A stretch of 63,839 nucleotides of DNA, filler included, from Polymyxa betae A26-41 (Eukaryota > Protista > Endomyxa: Phytomyxea), in assembly GCA_003693705.1 (NCBI GenBank). It is 4 parts of 4 records of this genome, joined end to end, with 100 filler letters (N's around TTAATTAATTAA, not from the genome) between each part and the next. Parts side by side here need not be neighbours in the genome. Positions count along the whole stretch, not along the records: positions 1 to 19,401 come from RBZT01000648.1; 3 more parts are not named here. One strand, written 5' to 3'. Positions 1 through 12,506 of the stretch are shown here, one piece after another. Numbering within the stretch: position 1 is the stretch's first letter; every line of letters starts with the position of its first letter. A program made the position numbers and the translations under genes. The notes under the pieces are model-generated. The model made no database searches. It was not told where the DNA came from and was given only the letters and a program-made list of their open reading frames with translations.

Positions 1-159
1 GTAACAAGGTTGATGAAAGGGACGGGACCGGCCATCGTCGATGTAATATATTATGCCGTCAACGACTTGATGCACATTGCTCAGTTGTGATCGGCCTCGG
101 AATGCATTTATCGGAACATGGAGCCAAACAAACCCTAACCCTAACCCTTAAAAATAATC

Positions 160-623
160 TTAACAGGTACACAAGCCCGTCCAACTCTCCATTTTAGGCC
201 TAAGATCTTTGCCAGCCAATGTTCGTGTCCCGTCCATACGAGAATAGATTATATAGCCGATTAAAAGAATGCCTGAGATCTGGTTTACCATATATAGAAC
301 AAACACAGCATTTGCAGTATAGAAAACTGGCGATAGGTCAAACATGATTTGAATCTTTTTACTCCTTTCAGATACTTTCGAATGAGCAGCCAAAGCAAAC
401 AAGAAAAGTAAAACCCGCCATACACCAAGGCCCAAATCAACATCACACGATATCGATAGCGCATGGTAGAACGGGCATCCTCGATCCTCTCGATTTCATG
501 CTCTAAGCGCGCGATTCTTTCGTCACGATCGTTGCGATTATAGAGATCGTTGGCGCCCCTGACACCCTCTCCACCCAGAAATGAGACCAGAACTATCACA
601 GCAATTATCGAGATCAGCTTCAT
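160..623 (-). CDS. Putative membrane protein (signal peptide + charged helix + hydrophobic segments), possibly frameshifted
   Basis: ORF 285-623 begins MKLISIIAVIVLVSFLGG (signal-like), followed by a charged helix ERIARLEHEIERIE and a hydrophobic segment. Overlapping ORF 160-435 supplies further hydrophobic segments in another frame. Confidence 0.4.
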
Positions 624-959
624 TGGCTCAATGCCCTAAACAGGATCAATGAAAACTTGGTCCCTGGTGACTTGGGGTGTGGGGGCGAGCATGTCCAACC
701 CCAACGTTAATTCTCTGCTGATGACGTTCCGGCGTGTGTTCAGTCCGGCGGATTAATCGCTGCTGATGATGTGGAAATTGCTGCTGCTGTTTGAAATTGG
801 CGAAGTCGTTTGTCAACCTGTCTCACGAAATGCTACGTGTTGATGCTGAACGGGTTTGAACAACAGATTTCGGGTCGTAGATATTGGGGGAGGGTTAGGG
901 TTTGCGATTCTGTGTCATAGGCCTTAAACCTGCTAACAACTCAGAATCATGAGCTACAT

Positions 960-1530
960 GAAAGACCTTCGAGTTCATCCAAATTTTGATGGGAAACCTG
1001 TAATAGCAGAGGTAAGCTCTGTCTCGGAAAACTTTATGAGCAAATTTCCAGGACAGAGACAGAATACTGAATACAGTAGCTGATAGAATATTGAGAGAAT
1101 GATTGATGAATTATTGCCACAAGTAGAGATTGTATTGAGAGTGGCATTAACGTAGAGATTGCCATGATACCCCTTAATAACGACAACTAAGCAAATATTG
1201 AGAGCGGCAACAAATTCTGCACCGATTCGGTACTGGAAATTTAACTTTTTCGATTTCGACATTAACTATTGCATTCTCAATATAATCAGCCTCTTCAAAG
1301 CCAGATTACTCTATTGGCCTTAGTGGTATTGTTGTGGCCATAAAAAGCATTGAAAGTTGAAGATCTTTCTTTTAGAGATTGGTCAAACAGCATGATGAGC
1401 GATCTGACGTAACGACAAGTTTCTTGAATTGAGCAATACCTTATCCCGGGAATAGCTCTTATCGAAGGATCGTGGCTGAAAGAAACGATAGATCTTGTAA
1501 GGAACATGTCCCCTTCTGCAATCCATAACT
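960..1530 (+). pseudogene. Possible decayed gypsy integrase/chromodomain remnant
   Basis: Fragments HPNFDG, DELLPQVEIV and EQYLIPG...EGSWLKE resemble integrase C-terminal and chromodomain motifs. Many stops. Confidence 0.25.
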
Positions 1531-1721
1531 CTCATTTCCCCATATCATCTATAGATCTCGCAGAGAGAAGCAAGCAGGAATCCGCAAATTATCGAAGCAC
1601 GAGAGAAACATCGAAGGTCCGAATTTGCTGCCAGAGCTATCCGAGTGAGAATAGCCAGGAAAAACTTCAGATTTAGCTTGAGATCGCAGTTTTAATCTGC
1701 GCAGTGCAGATGCTGGTCATT

Positions 1722-1850
1722 GACAGTGATTTTTGTGATATTTTTTTTGAGGAAATTGCAGTGATTTTATTGATATTTTTCGGAATATTGCTACAGTGAT
1801 TTTATGATATTTTTTAAAACATTGCGACAGTGATTTATGTGATTTTTTCT
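1722..1850. repeat. Degenerate minisatellite, about 4 x 33 bp (CAGTGATTT..TGATATTTTTT)
   Basis: Four visible copies of cagtgattt...tgat(a)ttttt. Confidence 0.7.
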
Positions 1851-2226
1851 TTGATACACTCAAGTGGATCTCGAATTTGATTTTCTTGCTTTTAAATATT
1901 CGCAGTTCGCTTCTGTAACTAAATCAAACCAGATACTGTACTCTTGTAAGTCTGGTTTCAGTTTGGATACAAAAAATGCATGAATCATAAACAGCAATGC
2001 ACCGAAAAAAATAGAGACCAGTGTGGGATTTTCTCGTTTTGTACCTATACGATAAAAAGTTTGCGATCGCAGCTTTTAGGTTTATCACTTTAAACAGCTG
2101 TTCGGGTCGTAAAACATACTTTTTGCGTACGCAAATTAATGTTAGGCGTTTGAAAGGATTGTCCCCATCATGTCCTTCGCAGATCGATTCGTTGGCGGTT
2201 CGTATCCGTGAGGGTACCCTGGCTTC

Positions 2227-2980
2227 ATGTTCTTTCTCGTGAGCGTTGTGTTGTGCAAAAAGTAGCCTGTCGCCTAATCGGACATAGATTGAGCGCGATG
2301 ATGACCTTGCCATCCCGCCCAAGTATTTCGGCCGTGATCTCAGCAACAAAATCTTATCAGAATTACGACGTAAGGTCGAAGGATCGTGTTCAGGAACGTT
2401 TGGATACACCATTTTGGTGACCCATTTGAAGAGCTATGGAAAGGGTGTCCTAAATGTTGATACCGGCTGGGCTCACTTCCCGGTTAAATATCTCGCCTTA
2501 GTTTTTCGTCCATTCAGAAATGAAGTTCTGCCTGCTGAAGTGTTTGCTGTTAATCAGGTCAGGTTCTTGATTGATATTTTGGCATTTTCTTTCATTATTT
2601 GTTCTTGTTTCTCTTCACTTCATGAGCTCATTGTTTATCATTCAATCTTCCGTCCTCTCTTCTTTACATTTTTCATTTTCGTGTGTAAATGTACATCTGC
2701 TCTGATCATTAGCATTGACATAAATGTATTTTCGCTATAGTCGGGTGTATTCGCTCGTGCTGGACCGCTAGAGATATTTGTCAGCCAGCTTTGTATGCCG
2801 CCTGATATGCAATTCGATTCTGGCAGCGAGTCGCCTGCTTTTGTCTCTGCAGATCAGGAATTGAGAATCGTGAAAGGTTCGCTGATTATAGTGAAGATCG
2901 TTGGTATCCGGCCAGCTGCCAATGAGATATCTGTAGTAGGCAGCATTAATGAGGACTATCTCGGTCCAGTTGAAGATTGA
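2227..2980 (+). CDS. RPB7: RNA polymerase II subunit RPB7 (3 exons: 2227-2238, 2288-2557, 2741-2980; 173 aa)
   Basis: Spliced product MFFL-IERDDDLAIPPKYFG...KVEGSCSGTFGY...LVFRPFRNEV...AGPLEIFVS...VGSINEDYLGPV. GT-AG introns 2239-2287 and 2558-2740 keep the frame. Confidence 0.95.
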
Positions 2981-3239
2981 TTTCTATTAAATACCTTTCT
3001 TCAATCATCTCAAAGGCTTTAATTCTCTGTAGAGGCAGAATACTATTCTAAAGCGTCTTCATCTAGTTTGGCTCATCATTCAGCTGACAACTTAAGCATG
3101 CTTTGAAATGATTTCTATTAAATACCTTTCTTCAATCATCTCAAAGGCTTTAATTCTCTGTAGAGGCAGAATACTATTCTAAAGCGTCTTCATCTAGTTT
3201 GGCTCATCATTCAGCTGACAACTAAAGCATGCTTTGAAA
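2978..3239. repeat. 131-bp direct tandem duplication (2978-3108 / 3109-3239), one mismatch
   Basis: tgatttctattaaatacc...gcatgctttgaaa appears twice; acttaagc vs actaaagc. Confidence 0.95.
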
Positions 3240-3396
3240 GGATGCGTCAGTACGTTGTTGATTTAAACAAGTATTGTAGAATTTTTCCATGATCCATTTC
3301 GATAGCAACTAATGCTTTGAAGAAAGACGAGATGTTTGGAAATCTATGTGGTAAATCACAACAGAGCAAGCTTGAGTCGCTAATATCCTTTTACAA

Positions 3397-5812
3397 TTAT
3401 ATAGACAGTTGTGGCTGAAGAAGATATTCGAGAGATTCGATTCCAGCTCTACGAGGTGCCACTTGAGATGCCCAGACCCTCAACTCAGCCTGTATTTGAT
3501 CGCTTGGATTCCACGATTTTGATTGTAGCAACCGATCCAGTTCTGTACGTTCTGGAGATAAAATAGCTTTGACAAATGGAGACAAAAGTGCTTTGTAAGA
3601 CTCAAGATCGGGATCCAGATTGTGATCGGCAAACGATTCGAAAACCGATAAGGCAGGCTTCGTCTTGTTTCCCAATGCATACACAAACAGCAGCGAATTA
3701 AGGGTTTTGTTCACGACGGGTAAGTCGTACCTAAAAGGGATGTATGAGCAGAGCAAACAGATAAAGATTGAATTCAGCGTGAATAACGAAACGAAAAGCT
3801 AAAGATAAAAGAACCTCAGCAAATGCTAGAATGTTCCGAAACAGATCTGTAAGAGCAAAGAATGCAGATAAAGGTGTCACGTTTAGCATGAATATAGAAG
3901 CGTAGAATAAAGTTATACTTAAAAAAACTAATTTCAGATTTGAGTTTGAACAACCTTTAAGAGCAAAGAAAAAGAAAAGATTCAACTTTACTGTGAGTAA
4001 AGGAAAAGTTTAGCAAAACTTATACATGAAGCACCTAATTCGAGAGCCTATAGCAGCAAAGAGAAAAATGTAGGCGATTATAGATAAGCGGGAAACTTAC
4101 TTTGTTTGCATCAGCTGGAAAGTCTCCTCAGCTAATCGGCATCTGTCATCAACAGAAAGCAGCTTGCCGTACGGTGACGACTTCTGCAGCAGGTATGGCT
4201 CGGGATGTTCCCTGTTCGATATAGACAAACAGGTCATGAATTGGCAAAAAAGATCCTGGACATTGACGTCAGAAACAGAAAAGGCAACATCGATTCGTGA
4301 CAGTACATGTAAGGTTTGCGAATCAAGATCCATTGACTGCAAGTGTTGTAAAGCGTTCAAAGCGACATCAACATCGCCGCCTTTAGCGCAAGCGACCATG
4401 ACAATCGTGAGAGAACGAGCGTCAGGTTTGCAGCTGTTATCTTGAAGCAAGCGTTCGAATAAGGGGGCCACAAAATGACGATTGGGAGCGGAAAGAGAAG
4501 CCGCATGCATGATCGAGTTATACTGGACCAATGAAGGTTTATAGCCCTATAAGAAAAGTCTCATCACTGTTTGGCAAGTTTGAATGTGATTGCATTACCA
4601 CTTCGATTAGCTCTTCAAAAAGAAGCACAGCGTCGGCCGTTCGATGCAGCTTGCCAGTTACCTGGACCATACGAGTATAGAGATGTAATGAAGGGATCCC
4701 AACCAGATGCCGAAATTCGGTAAAAGTCTCCCATCCCAAATGAAACTGATGATTCCTTGTACAGGCTCGGACAGCGCGTTCTAAAGCAACCTATTCAAAG
4801 AATTAACACCGATCACTATCGAAAATATAAAATAGTATTACGCTGGAAACATCAATCTCGCGTTTTTCCATATGAACAAGAAGCTCTCTAGCTCGTACTG
4901 AATCGCCATAGGCAGCGCACACCTTCAGAATCGCTGAATAGACGAACGAGGACTTTGATGCAGCCGGCAATTGCATAGCTTCGTCCCAAATTCGGTAAGC
5001 TGTCTCATACCAAGGCTCTGGCAAAGGTAGGCTCAGTAAACCCCAAACGTCGGCTATAAATACCAGAACATAGAGGGAATTTTTATGAAAAAGAAGCAGA
5101 AAATTGTGCAAATTCGAAATATGGCGACTGACTTTGCTGTTGCCTGTCTTGTGAAGTCATAGACATAGAAAAGTGTGTTGGAATGCAAAGAGCAGATAAT
5201 ATGGCCGAGTATGTTCCTATGGTAAAATTAGAGTTTGAAACCTTCGAAAATGATACCGCTTTACGAGCATTGGGAACTCGGCCGTCCAATTTCATGGCCT
5301 CGAATGTTTTGACACAGCTGTCGATAAGACCATGGTGATGCTGAAGCCGAATAAGACGTGTGTAGTGGTAGACATTCTTAGACACTCCATCTTGGGCGAA
5401 GTACTCGCTTAAGGTAAGAGGTTCAGGAGATGTTCGTAACTCGGTAGCTACCATACGAGACTAATTGTCAAAATCAGCAAAACCGAGAAGCTCCAAAACA
5501 GAAAACGATAGCAAGGAAAAGAAAAGTTGAGATACACGTTCGATAAGAGAGTATTGCCTTGAAATCTCATGCTTTAATGGCTCTTGCTGTTTCTGCTTTT
5601 CATTCTTGACGAATTTCACGGCTGATCTTCGATTCGAAACTCCAGATGGACCTATCTCATGAATTCAGCCTTGAGTTCGTCCAGGCGCTGGAGAGTTTAC
5701 GTCGCGGGGCGCTCAATGGAAGCTGGCCGGCATCAAAATCGTACGATCGAGGTGCTATTTTTGGGGTGAATCGCGACAGGAAGCGGCAGCGGACGCCGAC
5801 TCGGGCAATCAT
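3397..5812 (-). CDS. Multi-exon pentatricopeptide-repeat (PPR) protein, probably mitochondrial
   Basis: Exons carry PPR-like motifs (NVYHYTRLIR...FEAMKLDGRVPN, FVYSAILKVCA...LLVHMEKREI, VQYNSIMHA...CKPDARSLTIVMVACAKGG, TLNSLLFVYA...LDPDLESYKALL). The Arg-rich N-terminus MIARVGVRCRFLSRF looks like a transit peptide. Ends are approximate. Confidence 0.8.
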
Positions 5813-6052
5813 TGCCTTCGGAGCAGCCGACCGTCGAGGTATGAAGTGTTTAAGACGAGCCCAAACCCGACATGAACGCAATTTCCAGCGCTATTTCACA
5901 ACACATTTCGTTTGGGAAGATTGAAGTTAGAAAGTCGTAATTGGACCATAATGCTACTCGGTAAGCAAACAGAATTCCATATACTTCGTTCACACAAAAT
6001 TGTATACAACCAAGGACAATGATTTTCAGCATTCGCGGCAAGAATGGGCCTT

Positions 6053-8091
6053 TCATTGGCAATTTGCAGCACAATCGCGTTTAGCTTGATAGAACAGTTC
6101 CATCCAGACTTGGAGCTGGGTCGTCCTCGCCTTGAACGCTCGTTGTGACACCTTGTATATGGCGCGGGTCCATAGCAATGATCCTCGAGTCTGGACCGCA
6201 TTCGAGAGAGGAATCAGATGCTGGAGACCCAAATACCATGTCAGAAACTACAAACGAAAGTCAGTGCTTGATCAGAAAGAAAACAGGCGCTAATTGACCG
6301 ACATCGTGTTCATTCTCAATGCAAAGATCCACAGTGCGGTTTTCGCAGACCAGAGATAAGCACATCCATGGTTTGGAATTCTCCCAATCAAAGCGAAGAA
6401 ATCGAATTGTGTTGGGCCCGAAAACAATCCCACGAACGGTGGCTAAGTTAACTATTCCAAAATAAGACCAGAGAACAGCAACGACCTTAGAATATCGAAC
6501 TAATTGAAAAAAAATTATGAAGCTAATTACAAAGCGTCGAACAAAATTAGAAATAGAAAGTTGCACAACAAAATGAAGATAAAGATGGATGAAGTGAGTC
6601 AAAAGAATGTTCAACCACGAGTGAATACACTTGTCAAAAGATGAAAAAAAATAGGAGAAAGTGTACAGACATCGCCTCGAGCGGGTTCGAGTAAGGCCAG
6701 TTTTGACCCAGATCAGTTCGGTACCATCTGATGAGACCTTCACGAATCTCGAATCGGGTTTACCTTTGGAGTTGTACTTGAGCATAACGGTGCCAGCTAG
6801 CATGGATTCCATACACCGAGCTTTCTCAGTCTCAAGCGATAGCGTGTGCTGTTTTTGCAGTTCAAAAAACTCTGGCAAGGGGCGTTTCAAAATGCTTCGA
6901 GTAAGCCTGTTGGCTCGTATATCCACCACACTGACAGGGATGTCAGCGTTGATGACGAATAAGTCAGCATATGAGCGAAATCGAACATGGCGAAGAAAAA
7001 GATCGAGAGGGTCGCCAGCTTCACTTTTACCACTTGAGGAACGTGACTTTGCTGGATCATCAATCGCCTTGGAAAATGGGATTTGGATATCTTGACAAAG
7101 AGGTGGTTTTACAACCATTTCAGAGCGAAGAATAGCTGTGAATAATTAAGTTAATAATACGCTTTGAACGTCTTGCAAGAAGCGTTTGGCCAAATGCATT
7201 GTGTATTGACTCATGCTGGAAGAATTAATCCACGAGTGACAGTGGAATTCATGGAATCGCAAGAAACAGCACAGGCCTACAGAAATAGAAGCCATTCAAA
7301 GAACAATACAATACATCGGTGAATAATAATTTCTGCTTGAAGTCAGGCGGTTATAATATCCGGCACTGATCGCCATGCAGCGAATTGAACTTTTGGCACT
7401 GCTTGCAGCGCCACGAAGTAGCTCCTGCTGGAAGAGGATATGTATGATTGCAAAATTGGCAAGTGGCTACTTGATGTTCGAATGAAGGTTGCTGGGCAGC
7501 GGGCGCTATATAGGGCGATGAATATTGCTGTGCATTTAATCAGCTAAATCGCTAGAACGAAAAGCCTAAAACACTGAACCTGTTGATAAGCACCACTTGG
7601 TTGAGCATAAGGCGATTGCTGTTGAGGAGACTGTTGCTGTGATGGAAACGGGTAAGGCGCTGGCTGAGACGAGACTTCATTTGAATCCTAAATAATGCAA
7701 CGAGCGACACAGATAAGACAGTGAAGTAAGAACGCTATAAACAGAATTACAGGAAGCTGAGCATAACCATTGCGATTCACATTCTAATCAAATTGTAAGA
7801 AGCTGCAGGGAAATGAAACGAGATTCCAAACCGAGGATTGTGCAACATATCCGGAAGGCTGAGAAGCATATGGGGACTATCATTCGCGTTAAAGCCAATT
7901 AATCGGTAAAACAAGCTTAGACCTGATTCTGATTCAGAGATGGATAGAAAGCGTCATTGCTATTCTTGGCGAAGATCAGATCGGATTGCAACTATTTCAA
8001 CCAAACTTACAGTCGGTGGCTGGTAGGAAGGCGCCGAACCTTCCGCTTGAGGCCGATTCGATCCGTATGGCGACACTTTATTATCAGACAT
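6053..8091 (-). CDS. Multi-exon protein with C-terminal PH domain (PLC/Mcp5-type)
   Basis: MLAGTVMLKYNSKGKPDSRFVKVSSDGTELIW...VNLATVRGIVFGPNT...CLSLVCENRTVDL...FLTWYLGLQHLI is a PH-domain pattern. ATG at 8091, stop at 6053; the internal exon structure is only partly resolved. Confidence 0.7.
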
Positions 8092-8719
8092 GACGATTCA
8101 ACCAGTCTGAAAGTAATGAGTGACTCGGTCAATCTCAATCTGTCCAAAAAAAGAGCGCAACCCCCAACAAATTCGCAGTATAATCCAGATTCCAGGCCTT
8201 GTTAATTAATAAAAAATCAGCTAAGTTTGACATTCTTTCAGACTTATTTTGCTAAATTTTGGCATTTTCCCTAAATGTCCGTGTTAACAGCTGCTTTTAC
8301 AAAAGCTTCTGGAGCTCATCAAACTGTTTTGACTGCAAGATAACCTCTAAAGGTCTGTCAATGTCCCCGGTTCTCGTTCTTCTCCCTTCGGGAAACTGTA
8401 AAAAAAGCTCTTACGAAGACTGAAGCGTAGGAAAGCTTCCCTTTATACAACACCCCAATGCCGCTCGAATACTGGAGGGTTCATCACAACTGTCAACAAA
8501 TTCGAAACGCAAAATCATTTTGATAGGCCTTATGGCAGGGTCAATATGCGTCACTTTTAGATCATATTTAGAGTTCGTGTGCATATTGGAAGGGCGTAGT
8601 TCTCATGTGGCACAAAGAACAGAAGCAATGGCGACGAACAATAACGACAGCCGCGGCGAGAAGATATTTACAACAATGATCACGACGGAGATGAAAGCTA
8701 CTACGACGACGACAAAACA

Positions 8720-8947
8720 TGTATCGGTTTGGGAACCAACTAAGCAATCTGAATTAAACGTTTTATTGTGAGAGATTTGGTTCGGAAGCGATGGTTTCCG
8801 TCCCATCGTATCCGGCCTCTTGCTCAAGTCGTTGATCCCATGCTGTACCATTCGGATAGCATTCTTTGATTGCCCAATTAGTCCAGTGCTGAGTCAGATA
8901 TGTCGCATATCGATTTAGATTGCTTAGTTGGTTCCCAAACCGATACA
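8720..8947. repeat. Perfect 31-bp inverted repeat (8720-8750 / 8917-8947) with 166-bp spacer
   Basis: tgtatcggtttgggaaccaactaagcaatct and its exact reverse complement. No TSD seen. Confidence 0.9.
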
Positions 8948-10175
8948 GTGGGAGTCTCGAAGATCCGGTTGATGCAGCCGTTCACACAGGCTTTGGAAGA
9001 TAGTATTGAATTCGTCATACGAAATCGGTCTCAAATGTTCATGTAGCGCTCCACCTCCTTCTCACGGGAGGGAACGCAGTACCGGGGCTCGATGTTGAGC
9101 GACACCAAGGCAACCACGAAGAAGGAGACCGACTGGGCCAGTTCTCCTCGTCCGCACAAGACCGCGGATCTGGAGAAAGTGATGAGGGCAGGAGTTCTCC
9201 GCTCACTCTTCACGACCTCCAGGCTGTAGCGCCAGTCCCCCATTAGAAGCTCTGAGGAACAGAGATGGTGCGGTGGGCGCCCTTCTGCAGCATGCGCAGA
9301 TAGCGACTCACAAATTTCGCCCAAATAACTGGTGCGTTAAGGTCCAGAATAGAGCGAAGGACTTCAGCTCCTTTCAGCGAACATAACGGAGACCAGATGT
9401 TACAGTTCTCCGACCAGACATAAGATGAAATACACCAAACCAAACTGAGAGACTGATTCAGAGGCGATAGCCATTCCTCACCCAGCCTCTTCGTCTCTTA
9501 GGGACAGTCAACAGAACTGCAGGTATAATGCCACGGCATCCGCAAAATTGCAATTTCATCTTAATTTTGCCACTTCACAAACCTTGATTCTGTCAATTTT
9601 GGCCTTATTTATAAATTGCCAAAGTTAACAAGGCCTGGTATATTCGTTTATTGTGATGATTTGGAAAGGAAAGGTAAATATAGGCTCAAAGCTTGCATCA
9701 GCATCATCCTCAATACCTGTTAGTAATTTCATGGTTACAATTCTCGTTAATGGCCTGCCTGGCTTGGAGCTAGATTTCACTGCAAGTTCCTGGTTTCGTC
9801 AACATTAATAAAAAATCTGGACCTTCTACATTAATCACGACCATTTATCTCTCCAACAACGATGTTTCATATCGAATTCATAAGGGCAAGGACTCTTCGG
9901 GTTGAATTACATGCTAAGGGATTCAAATGACACCCAATTTATCAATCTCGCAACTCTGATATAAATATATCGTCGATATAAATACATCGTTGATCTTCCA
10001 TAGTTTTCCATAACGCTCTTTCTGGAATATAGAGCGACTAGTGAAGTAGAACGATGGGATCCGCATTAGACCAGACTGCTGCAGGTCCCATTCGTCACAC
10101 TCAATATCTCTTAGTGAACCCTGGCGCACCCATCGTCCTGTTTCATGAGTGCCTTAGCGCCTTAGCATCACATTC

Positions 10176-12419
10176 ATGAACCATCAGGGATCGCAGGACG
10201 CCCAGCATTGGGCCAATTTGAGGCCCTCGGCACCGGCTGGCGGTCAGAATGATCAGCGTCGACGTAGTCGCTTAAAGAATCTTTACAACCCGATCGTTCA
10301 AGCGCTGATTCGGTTTACTGTTAATGATCTTCTGATGGGGGCTCGTGATAAGAACCCCGGTCTGATCACCATCAGAACGGATGACACGCTTGAGGACTGT
10401 CTTAAAACGATGAACGAGAACAATATCCTCTGCCTTCCTTGTCTCGATAATCACGAACTTATTGTTGGGAGCATCGACGTTCTGGATATAATGGCATTTT
10501 GTAAGCGAGCCAACTGCTTCCCTTTTATTAACTGCTCTTCATTTCTTCACTTTTTATTTTTGTAACAACTTTCCTTGCTAACTTTTTGGCTCGTAGATGC
10601 AGATATCTTCAGAAAGTTCCGACCCAATAAAATCCCTGATCCAGCGTTTAGATTGGTCGAGAGAAGGTTCAGATCCAAAGAAATTCGATTCCCTGGCGAA
10701 GATTGCGTTCGAGAGTATGGTGAGTCGCTTCGGCCAATACCAGAGTATAATCGTTCGCCTTGCTTCGCTCTGCTCACTCCTAACAGCGCTCTCAGAGATA
10801 TATGGATGGATGTCTTTGTAGAACGAGTTATGGGGTATTTCAAACAGAATCGGTGTGATTTTATCACGCTGGATTGTTCCGTCGGGGAGGTGGCACAAAC
10901 GTTAACGACAGAGAAGAAGCACAGGTCTCTGGTACTGCGAAGTGAAGGATTGCAACCACCGTACCATTATGATGATGTCACAACGGTTATAAGGTATCAA
11001 TTCCTTTAACTCGTTTGCTAATGCGCTTTGTATTAATAGTATTTTTTTAGTCAGCACGACATTGCCGTATTCGTTCGCCAGATTTTCTATTGGTCTTTGG
11101 GAAGTCAGGATTATATTGTCGGCAGGTATCATCAAGATCTTTTCAACAAGAAGATACAGGATTTGAAACGTGATATTGCTGAAGTTATGCATACTAAGAT
11201 CAGAGATCTTGGAGTCGGAACAGAATATGGTTTGTAAACAAAACAATCCACTTTTTTATATCACTCATTGGTGCTATCAGAGAAACCGATTATTTCAATT
11301 TCTGTTCAAGCGCCTGTAATAGAGGTAATAGAGAAGTTGTTAGATTTCTCTCTTACAACTCTGACAAAATATAGGCTATTAAATATCTTGTTCAGAATTC
11401 TGTTAGCGTAGTCGCTGCTACTGGTTACGGAGGGAAACTTGTGAATTGTTTTTCAGGTGCTGATTTACGTCATATCACACCTGCAAATTGGGATGCTCTT
11501 GTCAAGGAGCAGTCTGAAGTAACAAGTCATTCTGTCACTTTGAAAATACATTTTAAGGTTTGAATAGTTCTTCAGAGATGCAGGCGAGCTAAAGCCTCCA
11601 TGCATTGTAATCGACAAGGATTATAGCTTGCTTCGAGCAATCGATCAGTTCACCGCTCCCAATGCCGAAATCGTCCATCATATCTGGATATGCGACGAAA
11701 TCGGGCATGCCGTTGGAGTGCTGTCTCTAACAGATCTTATGAGAATTGCTGCAACATACCATCTCCCCGGAACTACAACAAAGAAAAAGAGCAATCGGAT
11801 AGGTAGCAAATCTCATTTTGACAAAGATTTCTCCTGATTATCATTCCGCAGGTTCACTACAGGTCACAATTATGCTTGCTGAGAATCTGCCACCATCTAA
11901 GAGCCGGTTCCGTGTTGGTCGAGATGTCTATGCCAAAGTCGAGTATCCTCACGCGGTCAGTGAATCTGTATGGTCGCTTCTTACCTCAATACGGTTCAGA
12001 AATCGGTCCAAACTCCCGTGACTTCTGGGCAGCTATCCCCATCCTTTCGTAATGCTTCCTTTCAGTTTACTGCTACAACTAGAGATATCGGTCGGTCTGG
12101 ACTTCGTAGTCTGTTAATGTCCTAAACGATGCTATTAGGAAAGGAGATTGTGATCAGTATCATGGATAAGAAGCGTGCATGGAGAATGGCTGATAAGCTT
12201 CTTGGGCAAGTCAAGTTTGATATTGCGGTGGGACCTACGAAGTTCTGTTAGACAACCGTTTCACTCGTGATTTTTCAGTGGATAGTTAACTCGTATGGAA
12301 AAGATAACGTCAACGATAAGCATCGAGATATCATAAGAACGCGAATGAAGAAGAATGGAAAAGAGACTGATCACGGTATCGTTATCGTCAAACTCAATTA
12401 TACTGCAGATGCCGAGTGA
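10176..12419 (+). CDS. Multi-exon CBS-domain protein (AMPK-gamma/Sds23-like) with C-terminal C2 domain
   Basis: CBS motifs LITIRTDDTLEDCLKTMNENNILCLPC...VGSIDVLDI, GKLVNCFSGADLR and VHHIWICDEIGHAVGVLSLTDLMR. Spliced C-terminus GSLQVTIMLAENLP...DVYAKV...IVISIMDK...DKLLGQVKFDI...GIVIVKLNY is a C2 fold. Confidence 0.85.
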
Positions 12420-12506
12420 TTTATATCAGCGCGATCATACACATTATTTATTTCTATTTGAGTGTGCTTACTAAGCGAATCTCAAGCTATACTGGAACAA
12501 TTCGGT

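Noticed and set aside
1722-1850. Spaced repeats resembling a CRISPR array
   Set aside because: Units are degenerate and T-rich with very short spacers, there are no cas genes, and the context is eukaryotic.
7992-8010. Possible 19-nt ultrashort intron (GTAAGT...AATAG) in the PH gene
   Set aside because: A downstream in-frame acceptor gives an ordinary 46-nt intron with a plausible branch site.
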